From: an uncultured Bacilli bacterium
GTDB taxonomy: Bacteria > Bacillota_I > Bacilli_A > RF39 > UBA660
Direction of reading: 5' to 3'
Assembly (NCBI GenBank): GCA_949505625.1
Contig: CATBQD010000005.1
Coordinates: 3,046-67,045, forward strand
DNA: 64,000 nucleotides
Shown: one piece after another, positions 41,290 through 51,141 of the stretch
Position numbering within the stretch: position 1 is the stretch's first letter
Layout: every line of letters begins with the position of its first letter
Notes under the pieces: model-generated
Told to the model about the DNA's origin: nothing
Databases searched by the model: none
What the model saw: only the letters and a program-made list of their open reading frames with translations
Position numbers and translations under genes: made by a program

Positions 41290-41900
41290 GTCAAGTAGGA
41301 TTTCCCTTACTTCAAACTCTTTCGTTACCAAAAGAGGGGTTCCCCATTATAGAAGTAAATATATCGTCACCGAATATATGACTTGATTGCCACTGAGTAC
41401 GCACTGCAATCCTATATAAATAGACACTCTAGGAGATTTCCTCGACAACTCTGTTTATTATTAGTTCCTTTTTGCAAGTATTGTTTCATATTGCAATCAT
41501 TTTAGTTGGTTGGCCAATCAACTAAAAGTCGTTCAATAATCCCCAAATACTCACTCAGGACAAGCTACACTACTCGTAACTTATCATCACATAGTAGGTT
41601 CAATCCTAAGTCGTCATTTCTCCATCAACTTAACGTGTATAGGGAAATAACAAGATTAGGTCTCCAAGATAGATGGGTCAGATCCTGTATGCCATTACAG
41701 TTGCCCAGCTATCCATACCTCCCAGCACTCACCCCAAACTGGGCGTAAGAAGCAAGCACCAGAAGTTTCACAGATATGCTCTTTAGTGACTTTTTAGGGC
41801 CACCTTCATAATAAACGAAATTGACTAGAATAATGTGCCATTTCAATTTACATTTCAACATTCTACCATATTTAAAATAGAATGTCAAATTGTTCAATCA
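41290..41900 (-). ncRNA. candidate large structured ncRNA (OLE-RNA-like, ~610 nt); strand inferred from the downstream gene
   Basis: ~640 nt without protein-like ORFs, local GC ~42-45% against ~27% background, many local inverted repeats; only S/R-rich junk ORFs. Confidence 0.35.
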
Positions 41901-41919
41901 ATACATTATATGCTTATAC

Positions 41920-42906
41920 TCAATATTTATTGCTTTTCTCTTTAAATGGGAATAATAATAACGCCAAATAAGTAATTGGAATTCCTATTATTGCGGCAAT
42001 GATGTAAGCAATTAATTTATGTAATTGCAACAAATCAATAATAATATATACACAACTTAGTTGAATTATAAAATTTGGAATATAAGAAATGCAGAACTTT
42101 ATAAACTTTGATATAGTAAGTTTTTTATCATGAAATGTAATATAACTATTCAATAAATAAGAAATGATTAAACTTGTCATATATCCTACTACAAAAGCTA
42201 ATGTAGCATTTTTAATCATTAATGAATATAAATAAGAAAGTAATATACCATTAAAAGTATTTAAACATCCAACAAATACAAAACGAATAAATTTGGGTGT
42301 TAAAAATGTATGCTTTAATTTTTCTATTTTTGTTTCTTGATATTCGTAATAAGGCATCACCACATTTTTTTTAACTTTAAACCCTTTTTTAGAAATTTCT
42401 ATCATTGGAAGATCTGCACTACTATCTGTATACATTTCTTCTACTACGATTTCAGGATATTTTTCTTTCAATCTTTTTACCTTTTCTTCCCCATGACAAT
42501 TTTCTTTCAAAAATTTTCCCGTTTTTATGTCTACTACAGAAGCAATTAAATCTTTTACTTTTAACTTTTTTATCGGTAATTCTAACAAGAACTCGGGAGA
42601 AGCCGAAATGATAATATCATTTAAATGTTCTTTTTTTAAATACCATGGTTTGATTTTTGTATAATGATTATTCCAAAATTCTTTTAATAACCCATCTATA
42701 TCATGTAAGTCCTTTAAAAAGCAGAAGAGAACTTCTTTCATTTCTGTTTTTGTTTTAAGGCCCAAAATATAAAGTCCAAAATACCAAAGTTGTTTTAGCC
42801 AATATTTACAAATCGTTTTTTTCTTTTGAAAACAAAACTTATAAAAATCAACTGAGGAATCTCCGTCATAGATAGTTCCATCAAAATCATAAGCAATTAT
42901 ATTCAT
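41920..42906 (-). CDS. HAD-hydrolase domain (DFDGTI) fused to a GtrA-like membrane domain
   Basis: N-terminal IAYDFDGTIYDGDSS, C-terminal ~4 TM GtrA-like segment. Confidence 0.5.
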   Translation of the reverse strand: MNIIAYDFDGTIYDGDSSVDFYKFCFQKKKTICKYWLKQLWYFGLYILGLKTKTEMKEVLFCFLKDLHDIDGLLKEFWNNHYTKIKPWYLKKEHLNDIIISASPEFLLELPIKKLKVKDLIASVVDIKTGKFLKENCHGEEKVKRLKEKYPEIVVEEMYTDSSADLPMIEISKKGFKVKKNVVMPYYEYQETKIEKLKHTFLTPKFIRFVFVGCLNTFNGILLSYLYSLMIKNATLAFVVGYMTSLIISYLLNSYITFHDKKLTISKFIKFCISYIPNFIIQLSCVYIIIDLLQLHKLIAYIIAAIIGIPITYLALLLFPFKEKSNKY

Positions 42907-42916
42907 TTATTTCACC

Positions 42917-44020
42917 TTATTTCGAAAACTTTTCAACAATTGAATCAACAATACGCTTACTGGCTTCCCCATCACCATAAGGATTACTTGCTTTACTCAT
43001 TTTATCATACACATTTTTATCTATTAACAATAATTTCGTTTCATCATAAATTGTTTTTTCATCTGTACCAACTAGTTTTAATGTCCCTGCTTTTATTCCC
43101 TCTGGTCTTTCTGTTGTATCTCTTAATACCAAAACTGGCTTACCAAGTGATGGTGCTTCTTCTTGTATTCCACCGCTGTCTGTTAAAATAATATAAGATT
43201 GATTGATAAAATTATGAAAGTCAATTACCTCTAATGGTTCTATTAATTTTACTCTATCACAATCTTTTAAAACTTCATTTGCAATTTCTCTTACCTTTGG
43301 ATTCATATGAATTGGATAAACAACTTTCACATCTGAAAATTCATCAACAACCTGTTTTACAGCTTTAAAAATATGGCGCATTGGTTCTCCTAAATTTTCT
43401 CTTCTATGGGCTGTTAATAAAATCATTCTACTATCTTTAACCCAATCTAAAACTTTGTGATGATAATTTGTTTTTATTGTTGTTTTCATTGCATCTATTG
43501 CTGTATTTCCAGTAATATAAATAGTCTCATTTTTCTTGCCTTCCATTAACAGGTTTTCTGCACTGGCACTAGTAGGCGCAAAATGCATATCTGCCAAACA
43601 TCCTACCATTTGTCGATTCATTTCCTCAGGATATGGAGAATATTTATCCCAAGTTCTAAGACCTGCTTCAACATGACCAATCATAATGCCATTATAAAAA
43701 GCTGCCAATGCTCCTGCAAAAGTTGTTGTTGTATCTCCATGTACAAGAACAATATTTGGTTTTTCTTTTCTCATGACCTCTTCCAAGCCGTTTAAAGATC
43801 TAGTTGTAACATCACCTAAAGTTTGCCCTTGTTTCATAATATTTAAATCATAATCAGGTATAATCTGAAATGCATCTAATACTTGATCTAACATTTCTCT
43901 ATGCTGAGCAGTTACACACACAATTGTCTCTATTTCTTTTCTATTCTTTAGTTCTTGTACTAAAGGTGCCATTTTAATTGCTTCTGGTCTTGTTCCAAAT
44001 ACAGTCATTACTTTTATCAT
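42917..44020 (-). CDS. mnaA: UDP-N-acetylglucosamine 2-epimerase (non-hydrolysing)
   Basis: MIKVMTVFGTRPEAIKMAPLV, HVEAGLRT. Confidence 0.9.
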   Translation of the reverse strand: MIKVMTVFGTRPEAIKMAPLVQELKNRKEIETIVCVTAQHREMLDQVLDAFQIIPDYDLNIMKQGQTLGDVTTRSLNGLEEVMRKEKPNIVLVHGDTTTTFAGALAAFYNGIMIGHVEAGLRTWDKYSPYPEEMNRQMVGCLADMHFAPTSASAENLLMEGKKNETIYITGNTAIDAMKTTIKTNYHHKVLDWVKDSRMILLTAHRRENLGEPMRHIFKAVKQVVDEFSDVKVVYPIHMNPKVREIANEVLKDCDRVKLIEPLEVIDFHNFINQSYIILTDSGGIQEEAPSLGKPVLVLRDTTERPEGIKAGTLKLVGTDEKTIYDETKLLLIDKNVYDKMSKASNPYGDGEASKRIVDSIVEKFSK

Positions 44021-44024
44021 TTGA

Positions 44025-44759
44025 TTACCTCACTCTTTTCATTTTTTTTACTTTAAAAATGAATTTAACATTACTGTTATAAAATCTTTTTATTCTTTTT
44101 GGTTCCTTTATTAATCTATACAACCATTCAATTCCAAATTTCTGAAATACTTTTGGAGCTCTTTTTTTAGTTCCACTAATTACATCAAAAGAGCCTCCAA
44201 CACCTATAAAAATTCCCTTGTCGAAATCTTTTAAATGCTTATATATTAATTTTTCCTGTGCTGGAATTCCTAAAGCGACTAATATAATATCTGGCTTTGC
44301 TTCCTTTATTTTATCAAATTCCTCATCTTTATTTTGTCCAAAACCGTTTACAGCACCTTTTAAAGTTAAATCTGGGTAATCATTTCTAATTTTGTCAACC
44401 ATTTTTTCTTTTACTTCTTCACTTGCGCCTAATAAATAAATGCTTTTTTTATTTTCATTTCCCATTCGAAGTAGTTCCCAGGATAAATCAATACCAGTAA
44501 TGCGTTCTACGACAGGATAATGTAATATATGAGCCGCTTTTACTATTCCAACACCATCTGGAACTATTATTGTTTCTTTATCTAAAATCAATTTGGCAAA
44601 TTCTGCTTCTTTCTCAGCTATCATAAATGTTTCTGGATTTGCTGTCACTATAAATGCTTTTTTATCTTCCTTTAAGTTTTTTTCTAATAATAAAACAAAA
44701 TCTTCAAATTTCTTTTGATATAATTTTTCAAAAAGATCTTTCATTACTTCACCTCTCAT
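44025..44759 (-). CDS. tagA: WecB/TagA/CpsF-family N-acetylmannosaminyltransferase
   Basis: GIEWLYRLIKEPKR C-terminal signature. Confidence 0.85.
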   Translation of the reverse strand: MRGEVMKDLFEKLYQKKFEDFVLLLEKNLKEDKKAFIVTANPETFMIAEKEAEFAKLILDKETIIVPDGVGIVKAAHILHYPVVERITGIDLSWELLRMGNENKKSIYLLGASEEVKEKMVDKIRNDYPDLTLKGAVNGFGQNKDEEFDKIKEAKPDIILVALGIPAQEKLIYKHLKDFDKGIFIGVGGSFDVISGTKKRAPKVFQKFGIEWLYRLIKEPKRIKRFYNSNVKFIFKVKKMKRVR

Positions 44760-44915
44760 AATTTTCTTATTTCATTATATCATGTCTAATAACACTTCGT
44801 AAACTAAATTCGCCTTCTTTTTTAGTTTCATCTTTATGTAAACTTCTTTAAAAAATATCTCCTATTATTTTCATATTTCATAAAATACGATATAATGTAT
44901 ATTAGGTGATTATAG

Positions 44916-46886
44916 ATGAATGAAAATGAAAAATTAAAAGAAAAATTAGATTTATTAAGCGCTTTAAAGGAAGATGAAGAAAACACAAAAACAATCAAAA
45001 AAGAAAATAAATCTCTAAAGAAAAAAGAAACTACAGAAATAAAAGAGAAAAAATTAGATGCTTCTAAAAAATGCATAAAGCAATCGCATCAGAAACCGCG
45101 AACTTTACTTACAATCATTTCTTTTATCGCACTTGTATCTAGTTTAAGTTACTTAATATATACAATTGTAAAATCAACAGACCAAGTAAATCAACCATAT
45201 TTGATTATCACAAGTGCTTGCCTATTTATAATCAGTTCTTTTATGGTATTAACGGGTTTTACATCAAACAAAAAAATGCAAAAGAGACTGGAGATATTTG
45301 GCATTATTTTAATTACTTTATATACAAGTTTTCAGTTTCTGGTTACTTCCAACATTCTTACATTACCAACTTTAAAAACGGTTGGAGACTTTAGTAATGT
45401 AAGTATCAATGAAGTTGTAAAATGGGCTAATAAAAATAAAATAACCCTAGAGCAAACATATGAATATAGCGACTCTATAGAAAGTGATCATGTTATTAGT
45501 CAAAATATTCCAGCTAATACATTGATAAAAGAAATTAAATCTTTAGAAGTTGTTGTTTCTAATGGGCCAAATTATGAATCTATTGTTAGTATCCCTAACA
45601 TGATTGGCTGGAATGTAGATGATGTTGTTTCAAAAATTAAAGAATTAAAACTGAACAATGTAAATATAGAATATCAATTTAATGATGTAATCGAAAAAGA
45701 TATTGCATTTGAGCAAAGCAAATCAGGAGAAGTTAGACGAAACGAAGAAATCAATATTACATTTTCATTAGGAAATGAAGCCAATTTGAAACCAGTTAAT
45801 CTTAAAGATTTAATAGATTTAGAAGAATTCGATGCAATTTTATGGTTAAAAAGAAATGGTATTAAATATGAGATTAGCTATGAATTTAGTAATGATATCA
45901 AAGCAGGTAATATTATTTCTACTACCCCAAACAGTGGAACTTTAATCGATCAAAAAGAAACAACTGTTCAAATTATTATTTCAAAAGGTCCAAAAATCAT
46001 TGCTCCTAATTTAATGAAAATGTCATTAGAAGAAATCACAGAATGGGCAATAAAAAATAAACTAGTTATTATTTATGAAAGTGAATACAATAGTGAAATA
46101 AAAGCAGGAGGTATTATTCGGGTAAGTGTAAAAGAAGGAGATACTTTAGAAGAAAATACTAGAATCAATATCATTACTTCTAAAGGTACCTTAAAAATGA
46201 TTACAATAGCAGATGGTGATATTACAGCACTCCGTAATTTCGCCAATGAAAACAATTTAACATTAAGTGAAGAATCTGAATTTAGTGATACAGTTGAAAA
46301 AGGAAAATTTATTAGCGTTTCTAAAAAAGCAGGAGAAGAAATTAACCCAGGAGAAGAATTTAAAGTCGTTATATCTTTAGGTGCTTCAATAGAATTACCG
46401 AACTTCATTGGAATGAATGCAAATAAAGCAGCCTCTACTTGTAAAGATTTAGGAATCACATGCAAAATATCCTATGTATATAGTAATAAAACAAAAGGAA
46501 CTGTATTTAATCAAAGTATGAATGCAGGTTCAAAAGTAATTGGTGATACAACAATCGTTTTAACTGTCAGTAATGGCCCAAAACCTTCAAGTAATGGTTC
46601 TAATTCAAATAACAATCAATCAGGAAATGGAAATTCTGGATCTACTAATCCACCTACTACTCCTACTTGTACAAGTTATACATTATATTTAGGTGCTGGG
46701 AATACAGTACAACAGACCCAATCAATTATTCAACAACAAAATCCATATGGCAAATTCAACTTTGTTACAATTCCAGATCCTGGTTATGGAACAACTGGAT
46801 CATTAAGGCGTGATATGCTAACAACATATCAAGGAACAACACATACTTCATGTGAAACAATTACAATTTATATTATCAGTAAATAA
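44916..46886 (+). CDS. membrane-anchored protein with multiple PASTA-like repeat domains and Ser/Asn/Thr-rich C-terminal region
   Basis: charged N-terminus, one TM, ~6 repeats of a ~70-aa PASTA-like unit (…NMIGWNVDDVVSKIKELKL…). Confidence 0.5.
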   Translation: MNENEKLKEKLDLLSALKEDEENTKTIKKENKSLKKKETTEIKEKKLDASKKCIKQSHQKPRTLLTIISFIALVSSLSYLIYTIVKSTDQVNQPYLIITSACLFIISSFMVLTGFTSNKKMQKRLEIFGIILITLYTSFQFLVTSNILTLPTLKTVGDFSNVSINEVVKWANKNKITLEQTYEYSDSIESDHVISQNIPANTLIKEIKSLEVVVSNGPNYESIVSIPNMIGWNVDDVVSKIKELKLNNVNIEYQFNDVIEKDIAFEQSKSGEVRRNEEINITFSLGNEANLKPVNLKDLIDLEEFDAILWLKRNGIKYEISYEFSNDIKAGNIISTTPNSGTLIDQKETTVQIIISKGPKIIAPNLMKMSLEEITEWAIKNKLVIIYESEYNSEIKAGGIIRVSVKEGDTLEENTRINIITSKGTLKMITIADGDITALRNFANENNLTLSEESEFSDTVEKGKFISVSKKAGEEINPGEEFKVVISLGASIELPNFIGMNANKAASTCKDLGITCKISYVYSNKTKGTVFNQSMNAGSKVIGDTTIVLTVSNGPKPSSNGSNSNNNQSGNGNSGSTNPPTTPTCTSYTLYLGAGNTVQQTQSIIQQQNPYGKFNFVTIPDPGYGTTGSLRRDMLTTYQGTTHTSCETITIYIISK

Positions 46887-46893
46887 TAATTAT

Positions 46894-46917
46894 AAGAGAC
46901 TATAAAGTCTCTTTTTT
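46894..46917 (+). terminator. intrinsic terminator
   Basis: AAGAGACTATAAAGTCTCTTTTTT. Confidence 0.6.
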
Positions 46918-46930
46918 AATACAAATATAC

Positions 46931-46965
46931 AAAAAGAGGAATTATATACAAATTCCTCTTTTTTA
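46931..46965. terminator. bidirectional terminator between convergent genes
   Basis: AAAAAGAGGAATTATATACAAATTCCTCTTTTTT. Confidence 0.6.
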
Positions 46966-46971
46966 ATTATA

Positions 46972-49900
46972 TTATGATACCGATAATACAACAATATTTC
47001 CTCTTGCTCCTATTGTTATGAAATCAAATCTTTTACCATTAATTATCTTTGATTTTCCAGATAAATCTTGATTAAATAAATCTTTCAACTCAGAAACATC
47101 AGAAATATTAGATGCTGTAGATAAATAAATATAATAAACTCCTTTTTCTAGTTTGCTAATATCTATATTTCCATCATACCAAGCCAATGTTTTTGATAAC
47201 GAATCAGATTCTGGTAAAGCTGGATCATAAGCTCCTTTGACTGCATTTAATGAGAAAACTGTTTTTTCAAATGTTTCAATATTTTCAAAAATAATATTTC
47301 TCTTTACATTAGCAGATGATTTTAAGTCCATTCCATAAGAATATGTATACCCTTTTATATGCAATAAATTATTGCTGGTAAAATCCAACTCAAAGAATTG
47401 ATCAAATTGATTATATGTATATGTATTTGTTGTCCTATCAGCTATTTTATTACTACGAACAACAAACTCAACTGGTTGTAAATTATCATAATAAATATTT
47501 CTAATAATGACTTCCTTTTTGCCAGTATAATTCGTTGCCTGTGGGGCAAACATCTTATTATTCAGAATAGAAACTGAATACTCATGGTTTGTATATGCCA
47601 TTACTCCAGCAATATAATTTCCATCTGAGACTCCATCAAAATCAGTTTCTAATTCAAACCAAGCATAAGAATAATCCTTATTACTTAGTCCATATGATGG
47701 GAACGGCCGCTCTTGAACATCCTTTATGCGTCGTGCATTTTTTATATAAATTTTTTCTGGATTTTCCAAATCAATTAACACAATCAAATATTGAATTCCA
47801 ATATTTAAATTATTATCGATCCCTTCAATCGTTTGAAAACCTTTTACATGGAGTTTTCCATTTTTAGATTGAATACTGTCTAGATAGAAGAAAGAATCAT
47901 TTAATTTTAACTCTTCAAGATCATCTGCATCTAAAATATTTTTATATTTTGCTTTATAAGTTGTATTTTTAGTTGCAACAGTAATTTCTTCATCCCAGCC
48001 AACAAAAATTGCATTCTCCTTATTCGGTTCCATAGAAATGACAGGTTTTTTCCCTTTTTCTGTCAAAACTTTTTTAGTACTTGTCTGATCTACAAATTCT
48101 CCGCCATTTGCGTCAAATGTAATTTCATACATTTCAATCTCAGTATAAACAGCCATATAAGTTGTATTCGCTGTTGTGGCTTCAAATTTTCTATCCCATC
48201 CTATGAAAATGTAGCCCTCCTTACTTGGGGTTAAAGAGAAAATCGGTATTTGATCTTTATCTACTTTAACAGTTTTAGTCGTAGATCCATCTGTGAATTT
48301 TCCTCCATTTGCATCAAATGTTACATTATATGAAACAGTTGCTTCCCATATTGCTGTATAAGTAGTATTTTCTGTTGCTCCTACTATTTCTTTATCCCAA
48401 CCTTTAAATATATATCCATCTCTAATTGGTTCATTAATTTCAGGAATTACATATTCTTCTATTGTTAAACTCTTTGTACTAGTTATATTATCAGTAAATT
48501 TTCCTCCATTTGGATTAAATTGAATTGTATATCTTGATTTAAAGTCTTTTCCTTTTCTAAGAAAATTAATATAAGAGGAATGAATATAGGCTATATTTTG
48601 TTCAAAATTATATGCCCCTTGATCTTGTAATATTCCAGTCCTAGTTTGATTTAAAGTTGGATCAGATTGAATTTTGTACCAAATATTATTGCCATTTATT
48701 TCCTCTCCTACTACTGATTCTAATACTGTAATGGCATAATTATTAGACTTTCCAGTCATATAAAGAGTAACACTATTATTATTTGGTTCCGCTTTCACTG
48801 GATAACTGTCTGCTGTTGTCTTTATTCCAATACTATATTTTCCATAATCTTGTAATCCATAATGTTTGTCAAATGAATAATAATTAGCCGCTGCTTTTTC
48901 TCCCCAATAAGGATCAGAAGCATATTTTACATTCATTCCAGAAGATTTATCTCCTAAATTTCCTCCATAATACTTTCCATTATGACATTTATCACTTGTG
49001 CCATTTCCATTTACTGTATAACTATCACAAGGATCTAAATAAGTTTCAGAGATGAATCTTTTTGCATGAGCATATATACTTTGGGCTACTGATACATATC
49101 CATTTGCACTTGCGCCTGGAGATGAATCAAATGCACTATGGCCAAACAAATTATTCTTATTAACTGCAATATTAGACGTTCCGTTTCCAGATTCATTTTT
49201 AGCTGTACCAAGCATCATAATAGCATTTGCACCAAATTCATTTTGATATTGAATAAAAGAAATTTCTTCTCCAAACAACTGAGATTGCCCTGCAGAAACA
49301 GGAAAGCTAGTAGGTTTTGAAGTATACATGGATAAATTTTGTTTGATTTGTGCACTTGTATAATTGGAAATGGAGCGGTGTGATAAGAACTGATAATAAT
49401 TATAATAAGGATTATTTGGATTAATGGAACTTGTTCTTACACCATTTTTATAGTCACGCATCATAGCACGATAGCCTTCTAAATTTTCTGGATAAAAATA
49501 ATGGCCATCATAACTTAGATAATTAGTCTTGTTTGCCATTCCTTCTGGCCTTTCTTGACCGAGAATCATTTGAGAAACTGACTTATAATTTCTAACATCA
49601 AGAGCCACATAATGCCTTAATTCCCAAGTATCTGTATAAATCATACTATAAACAGAAGTATATAAGGATTGATAAGAATCACTATTCATATTTAAAATTT
49701 CTACTTCATTTGCATTTACCCATCCGATGACTCCAGCTTGCATAAATCTAACTTGAGTACCATCTTCATTTGTTCCTAGGAACGCAGCATCTGCTCCATA
49801 ATAACCATTTGTATATCCTGATTTTCCATTAAACTCAATGGTATAGTTTGTCGTCACTCCCGAAGATGCTTTTGTTCTAAAATTTACTAATGCATAAGTT

Positions 49901-50136
49901 GCATAAACAACTTTCCCATCTGCATAAATTACTACATTATTATTTTGATCTTCTTTTTCTTTTTCTAATGCGAATGCATAAGCTTCTTTATAATTACCAG
50001 CACTAAGGGTTAGATTATTTCCTTCTGTATTCTCTATATATACTTCATAAACGGCTGCTGCGCTAGTTTGAAAGGATGGTGCAAAAAAGCAAAATAGAAA
50101 TAATGCTATCACAACTAATTTAACTATTTTTTTCAC
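46972..50136 (-). CDS. large secreted cell-wall hydrolase-like protein: GH73-like glucosaminidase region plus repeated Listeria-Bacteroides (Flg_new) repeats
   Basis: signal peptide; KYASDPYWGEKAA (GH73-type YATDP motif); three GG(K/E)F…GYIFxGWD repeats. Confidence 0.55.
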   Translation of the reverse strand: MKKIVKLVVIALFLFCFFAPSFQTSAAAVYEVYIENTEGNNLTLSAGNYKEAYAFALEKEKEDQNNNVVIYADGKVVYATYALVNFRTKASSGVTTNYTIEFNGKSGYTNGYYGADAAFLGTNEDGTQVRFMQAGVIGWVNANEVEILNMNSDSYQSLYTSVYSMIYTDTWELRHYVALDVRNYKSVSQMILGQERPEGMANKTNYLSYDGHYFYPENLEGYRAMMRDYKNGVRTSSINPNNPYYNYYQFLSHRSISNYTSAQIKQNLSMYTSKPTSFPVSAGQSQLFGEEISFIQYQNEFGANAIMMLGTAKNESGNGTSNIAVNKNNLFGHSAFDSSPGASANGYVSVAQSIYAHAKRFISETYLDPCDSYTVNGNGTSDKCHNGKYYGGNLGDKSSGMNVKYASDPYWGEKAAANYYSFDKHYGLQDYGKYSIGIKTTADSYPVKAEPNNNSVTLYMTGKSNNYAITVLESVVGEEINGNNIWYKIQSDPTLNQTRTGILQDQGAYNFEQNIAYIHSSYINFLRKGKDFKSRYTIQFNPNGGKFTDNITSTKSLTIEEYVIPEINEPIRDGYIFKGWDKEIVGATENTTYTAIWEATVSYNVTFDANGGKFTDGSTTKTVKVDKDQIPIFSLTPSKEGYIFIGWDRKFEATTANTTYMAVYTEIEMYEITFDANGGEFVDQTSTKKVLTEKGKKPVISMEPNKENAIFVGWDEEITVATKNTTYKAKYKNILDADDLEELKLNDSFFYLDSIQSKNGKLHVKGFQTIEGIDNNLNIGIQYLIVLIDLENPEKIYIKNARRIKDVQERPFPSYGLSNKDYSYAWFELETDFDGVSDGNYIAGVMAYTNHEYSVSILNNKMFAPQATNYTGKKEVIIRNIYYDNLQPVEFVVRSNKIADRTTNTYTYNQFDQFFELDFTSNNLLHIKGYTYSYGMDLKSSANVKRNIIFENIETFEKTVFSLNAVKGAYDPALPESDSLSKTLAWYDGNIDISKLEKGVYYIYLSTASNISDVSELKDLFNQDLSGKSKIINGKRFDFITIGARGNIVVLSVS

Positions 50137-50278
50137 ACTATCACCTTACCTTTTTCTCATTATATTATACCAAATTTTCTTTTTTTTGTATAGTGCATTA
50201 TTATAAAACTGTAAACTAAAAGAGAAACCTTAATCCTAAGAGTTTCTCTATCTTATTATATGTATATAATTACAGAAA

Positions 50279-50306
50279 TTGACAATTTTTGTAAAAATGA
50301 TACAAT
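50279..50306 (+). promoter_or_regulatory. sigma-A-type promoter
   Basis: TTGACA-16nt-TACAAT. Confidence 0.5.
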
Positions 50307-50330
50307 ATCGATATTAAAATGTGAGGAAGT

Positions 50331-51104
50331 GTGCTTATGAAAAGTATAAAAAGAGAATGGAATGAAATTTGGCTACCAGAAATAAAAAAAGCATTAATAG
50401 AGTTTAAAAATTCCAAAACAAGATATCGACAAATTCCTAATATTTTAACAGCTTCTAGATTATTATCTCCTATTGTAATTATTCCTGTTGCGTTATTTAC
50501 AAATGTAATAGCAACTTTTGTTGTCACTAGTTTGTTTGCTCTAACAGATGCACTAGATGGGAAAATTGCCAGAAAATATAATTTAAAATCCAAATTGGGC
50601 GCTATGCTAGATCCTGTCACAGATAAATTATTTGCATTTGCTTTATTAATTCCTAATATTACTACTTTCCCAATCATTACAACAAGTATTATTGCTTTAG
50701 AGGGCACAATTGGTTTCATCAATTCTTGTTCTACTTTAAAAGGGAATCAACCTCATTCTAATATGCTCGGAAAAATAAAAACAACATTTGTTTCTATTAC
50801 TGCTATAGCAATGTATCTAACTGGTATTCCTTTGATACAAATACTATTTCCGTTTCTTGTGGGATCCACTATTTGTTTACAGATATCAGCAGCCACAACT
50901 TATAAAATAATTGATTCCAAAAAAGATCATCAAAAAGTTTTTTTAGAGCAAAAAGCAAAAAGTACCATTCCAAAACGAAAAGAAACTAAGGTAGAAGAAA
51001 AGAAAATTAGGAAGGAAAATTTAAAACAAGAATTGTTACAAGAAAAAGAAAGTTTATTATCAAAACCTGATGAAGATAATTTTACACTTATAAAAAATAA
51101 ATAA
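50331..51104 (+). CDS. CDP-alcohol phosphatidyltransferase family protein with charged C-terminal tail
   Basis: DALDGKIARKYNLKSKLGAMLDPVTDKL (D-G-x2-A-R…G-x3-D-x3-D). Confidence 0.75.
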   Translation: MLMKSIKREWNEIWLPEIKKALIEFKNSKTRYRQIPNILTASRLLSPIVIIPVALFTNVIATFVVTSLFALTDALDGKIARKYNLKSKLGAMLDPVTDKLFAFALLIPNITTFPIITTSIIALEGTIGFINSCSTLKGNQPHSNMLGKIKTTFVSITAIAMYLTGIPLIQILFPFLVGSTICLQISAATTYKIIDSKKDHQKVFLEQKAKSTIPKRKETKVEEKKIRKENLKQELLQEKESLLSKPDEDNFTLIKNK

Positions 51105-51136
51105 ACGAGTTTTATCGCTCAAAACTCGTTTTTTAT
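51102..51136 (+). terminator. intrinsic terminator
   Basis: AACGAGTTTTATCGCTCAAAACTCGTT followed by TTTTTT. Confidence 0.6.
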
Positions 51137-51141
51137 TTGTA

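Noticed and set aside
41386-41405. GATTGCCACTGAGTACGCA resembles the 3' region of Bacillus RNase P RNA (GAUUGCCGCCUGAGUACGAGG)
   Set aside because: No GGAAAGUCC / ACAGAA P4 elements on either strand, and no room for the 5' two-thirds of an RNase P RNA on that strand; treated as chance similarity within the structured region.
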